NCBI RefSeq assembly: GCF_963921235.1
Contig: NC_086108.1
Span: 9,362,001-9,426,000, forward strand
DNA from: Mobula hypostoma
Taxonomy: Eukaryota
Reading direction: 5' to 3'
DNA length: 64,000 nucleotides
The stretch's first letter is position 1, and the number at the start of each line of letters is the position of its first letter. The notes beneath the pieces were generated by a model. That model made no database searches. It had not been told where the DNA came from and saw only the letters and a list, made by a program, of their open reading frames with translations. Positions 61,226 through 64,000 of the stretch are shown piece after piece. The translations under genes were made by a program, and so were the position numbers.

Positions 61226-64000
61226 ATAGTTCCGGACGGACTAGATGGGCCAAAGGGCCTGTTTCTGTGCTGTAGTTTTCTACGACATGACATGGTAACG
61301 TGAGGGAATTTATGGCAAAAGGGAGACCAGGAGGTCTGGAACAATAGGTTTATATTTGAAGCTAATAGGTTGATCAAAGGATATATGGAGGGACTTCATG
61401 TCATTACAGCATTTAAAATACAATGGAGGAATTAGGCCAACCAGTGCCTTGTGCCTCCTCTGCCTTTCAGCAGGACTATGGCCAACCTTTCCCACGGATG
61501 ATCCGAAGTCCGGTTGCGAGAAGGGTTGGGCACGGGGCTAGCTACTCCATCCCATAAAAACCCACAGTTACCAAAGCTCTGCAGACCTCATCCTTGCGAG
61601 AGGAAGGACCGGCTACACCTGGGGACAGCTTGAGAGACTGGTGTACGACAGAGGACTCCGGTGAGCTGCTGTTGGCAGTCTCTGCCCCAGTAGGGCTGGC
61701 GGACCTAAGCAAGATTGGTGGAGCTTTGACCTACACACCTCTTTGCTTCACCATTAGCAGAAGCAATGAAAGGTATGTGTACAACACTTGTTAGATCCCA
61801 ACCTGATGACTGTGTACAGATGGTTCTGTTGTAGTTACAGGAGAGGTGGAAAGGGCACAGAGATTTATGAGGATGTTACCAGGAGGCCAGAGAAATTGGC
61901 AGGACCTACTCTCCTTAGCCAAGCAGAAGGAGAGAGGAAATATTTTCTTATCCAGAGAGTGGTGGGAGGCTTGAATCTTTCATCACTGTACCTGGATGTG
62001 GGCTTGTATAGCTGTGATCTGCCGGCTGTGAGCCTCATCCACATTTTTCAGATCCAACTTCAATACTGCCTCGTTAGCTTCAAACGCTTTGGGACCTCTC
62101 AAAAGTCTTTCTTTAAATGACCTCAGCTGCAGCTGTTGAAGAACACCTGGCTGACCACGACACCCGTCTTTACAAGTACACCTGAGTGGATCTCCAGGCG
62201 TGGGAGACCTTGGACTGCGTCTGAAAATCACCTCTCAGAGTGTGACATTACACAAGGTCAAACAGATTCCAGATTGTTTAATGTCATTTCCAGTGCACAA
62301 GTGTAAAGGAGAACAAAATAATTGTTACTCCAGATCCGATGCAGCACAAAAGAAACACAATGAGATAACACACTAATAAAAAAACACAATAAATATAAAT
62401 GTATAAGATAGCTTATATACACAGATTGATTGTATGTCCATAAAGTGACACTAGGCACGGGAGTGTCTGTACATAAGGTGACTGAGAGAAAATGGTGTTC
62501 GGGAAGACTGTAATCAAAAGAGATGCAGGTACTGGAATCTGGAGCAAGGCTTGGCCCACTGGAGGAACTTGGATTCCCCTAGCGGATAGCCTGCTGCAAG
62601 TTCAAGCACCCTGTCCAGACGTTGACCTGGCTGGGCTTGAGCACACTGCAGCCGGTGGGATCTTCTTGTTTATCACAATAGCACACAACACCACAAAAGC
62701 GACCTCACTAGTTACAGGTGCAGCGAGACACCAACAGGAGACCCCGGTACTGTAAAAATGCAGCTTCTCACTGAGATTAATGCAAAGACTTTCACAGCGA
62801 AGGGCATCTTTTTCGCAACAAGATATTTTTCTGCGTCAGCAACTGAGATTTGAGCCACAGTGTTGCTCTGAGTCAGTGGGCTGCAGATTTGATCCAGCAG
62901 CTTGGCATCACCTACAGACCCACCCAGCCCTGGTGCAGTCCTGAGGGAATGCCACCCTGCCAGGGGAGGCCCTTAACCTTCACTCTCCAGAGCTGGTGGA
63001 AGTTCCCCAGGGCACCCTGGGTTGACACCTTAATCGCCATTACCGTAAGCTGATGATATGGCCCTTGCACACAGATTGGATTCAGCAAGTCCTCTGATGG
63101 TGATGATATGCAAAAGTTCACTTGCTCCAAAGTGTTTCAGGTGAAGCTGCTTTCTCCCGGCCTATCAGAATCACAACCCAATCCCCTTCCGTTCTATCAC
63201 CCTCTCCCCTGGAACTACTGACCACCTGCACGCACTCTCCCTACCCCTTCCCCCAGCAATCTCCCCTCCATCTGAAAAAGGGTCTCAGCTTGAAAAATCA
63301 GCTGTCCATGTTCCTCCACAGAAGCCATCCGACAGACTGAATTCCTCCAGGTTTCTGGGAGCTCAAAATGGGCAGGCTCCCCCCCACCCTCCCCACCAAT
63401 AAAATGGGACAGGCTCCCCCACTTCCCTCCACCCTCCCTACTAATAAGTCTGCTCCCCTCACACCTTCCCACTGCCCCCAATCTCTGCAGGATCCCACAC
63501 CCATCCTCTCTGCTGGAACACCACCTCATCTGCCTCTTCCTTGGGATCTTCTTTCCCCCGAGATCCCCGTTCTCCAGGCCAGCCATTCCGGGACCCCCGG
63601 TCATCGCCCCACTGAGCAGGGACCCTTGACCAACGGCTAACCATTCCAGGACCCTCAGTCACTGCCCCAGTCTCTCAGAATTTCTCCTCCTCCCCCCCCC
63701 GAACCCAACAAATGACCACAAATTGGGGAAACACAAGGGTACAACAGGGAGAGCGTTGCCACACAGTGCCAGAGACTGGAATTCAATATGGAGCGCACAT
63801 GTTCTCCCTGGGTGCTGGTGTGTGGGGTCCCCCATGCCTTCTGGCTTCCTGACAACATGCAGGGTTCAAGAATGGTCGTCCCTTCCCCCATGTGTGGGTC
63901 TGGGGTAGATTTTGGGCTCTGTGTGTGAATGGCTGGATGCCAGTCAGTACAGACTCTGTGAGCCTGGCTCCCTGCTGCTTCCCTCTCCGGGAGATGTCCG

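Noticed and set aside
61983..62231. 82-aa minus-strand ORF as an exon of a third gene
   Set aside because: No recognisable domain and no partner exons found, so it cannot be supported without a search.

Overview
Vertebrate genomic DNA, very probably from a cartilaginous fish (inferred from the repeat set: V-SINEs, CR1, Rex1/Babar, RTE and Penelope remnants). Most of the window is transposon-derived. There are two convergent spliced genes. On +, the last five coding exons and a ~1.9 kb 3' UTR of an ELM2-SANT/C2H2 protein, best matching ZNF541 (5195-41197). On -, a complete four-exon, 104-aa ERH gene (51390-45085) with a CpG-rich CRE/CCAAT/ETS promoter. Mobile DNA includes three young near-identical CR1 LINEs, a full-length decayed CsRn1-type Gypsy LTR element with a tRNA-Trp PBS, two Chapaev3-type DNA transposon derivatives, hAT MITEs and a 57-58 bp minisatellite. 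Main observations: (1) about ten Penelope-derived copies whose consensus folds as a minimal, dimer-type hammerhead ribozyme, including a tandem pair; (2) an ERH copy with three substitutions at normally invariant positions, next to ZNF541 and without its usual SLC39A9 neighbour, suggesting a retained second ERH paralog; (3) a UUUAAAC slippery site joining CR1 ORF1 to an ORF2 with no upstream AUG. Exon boundaries were read base by base. Repeat boundaries are approximate, and family names come from recalled motifs, not database searches.
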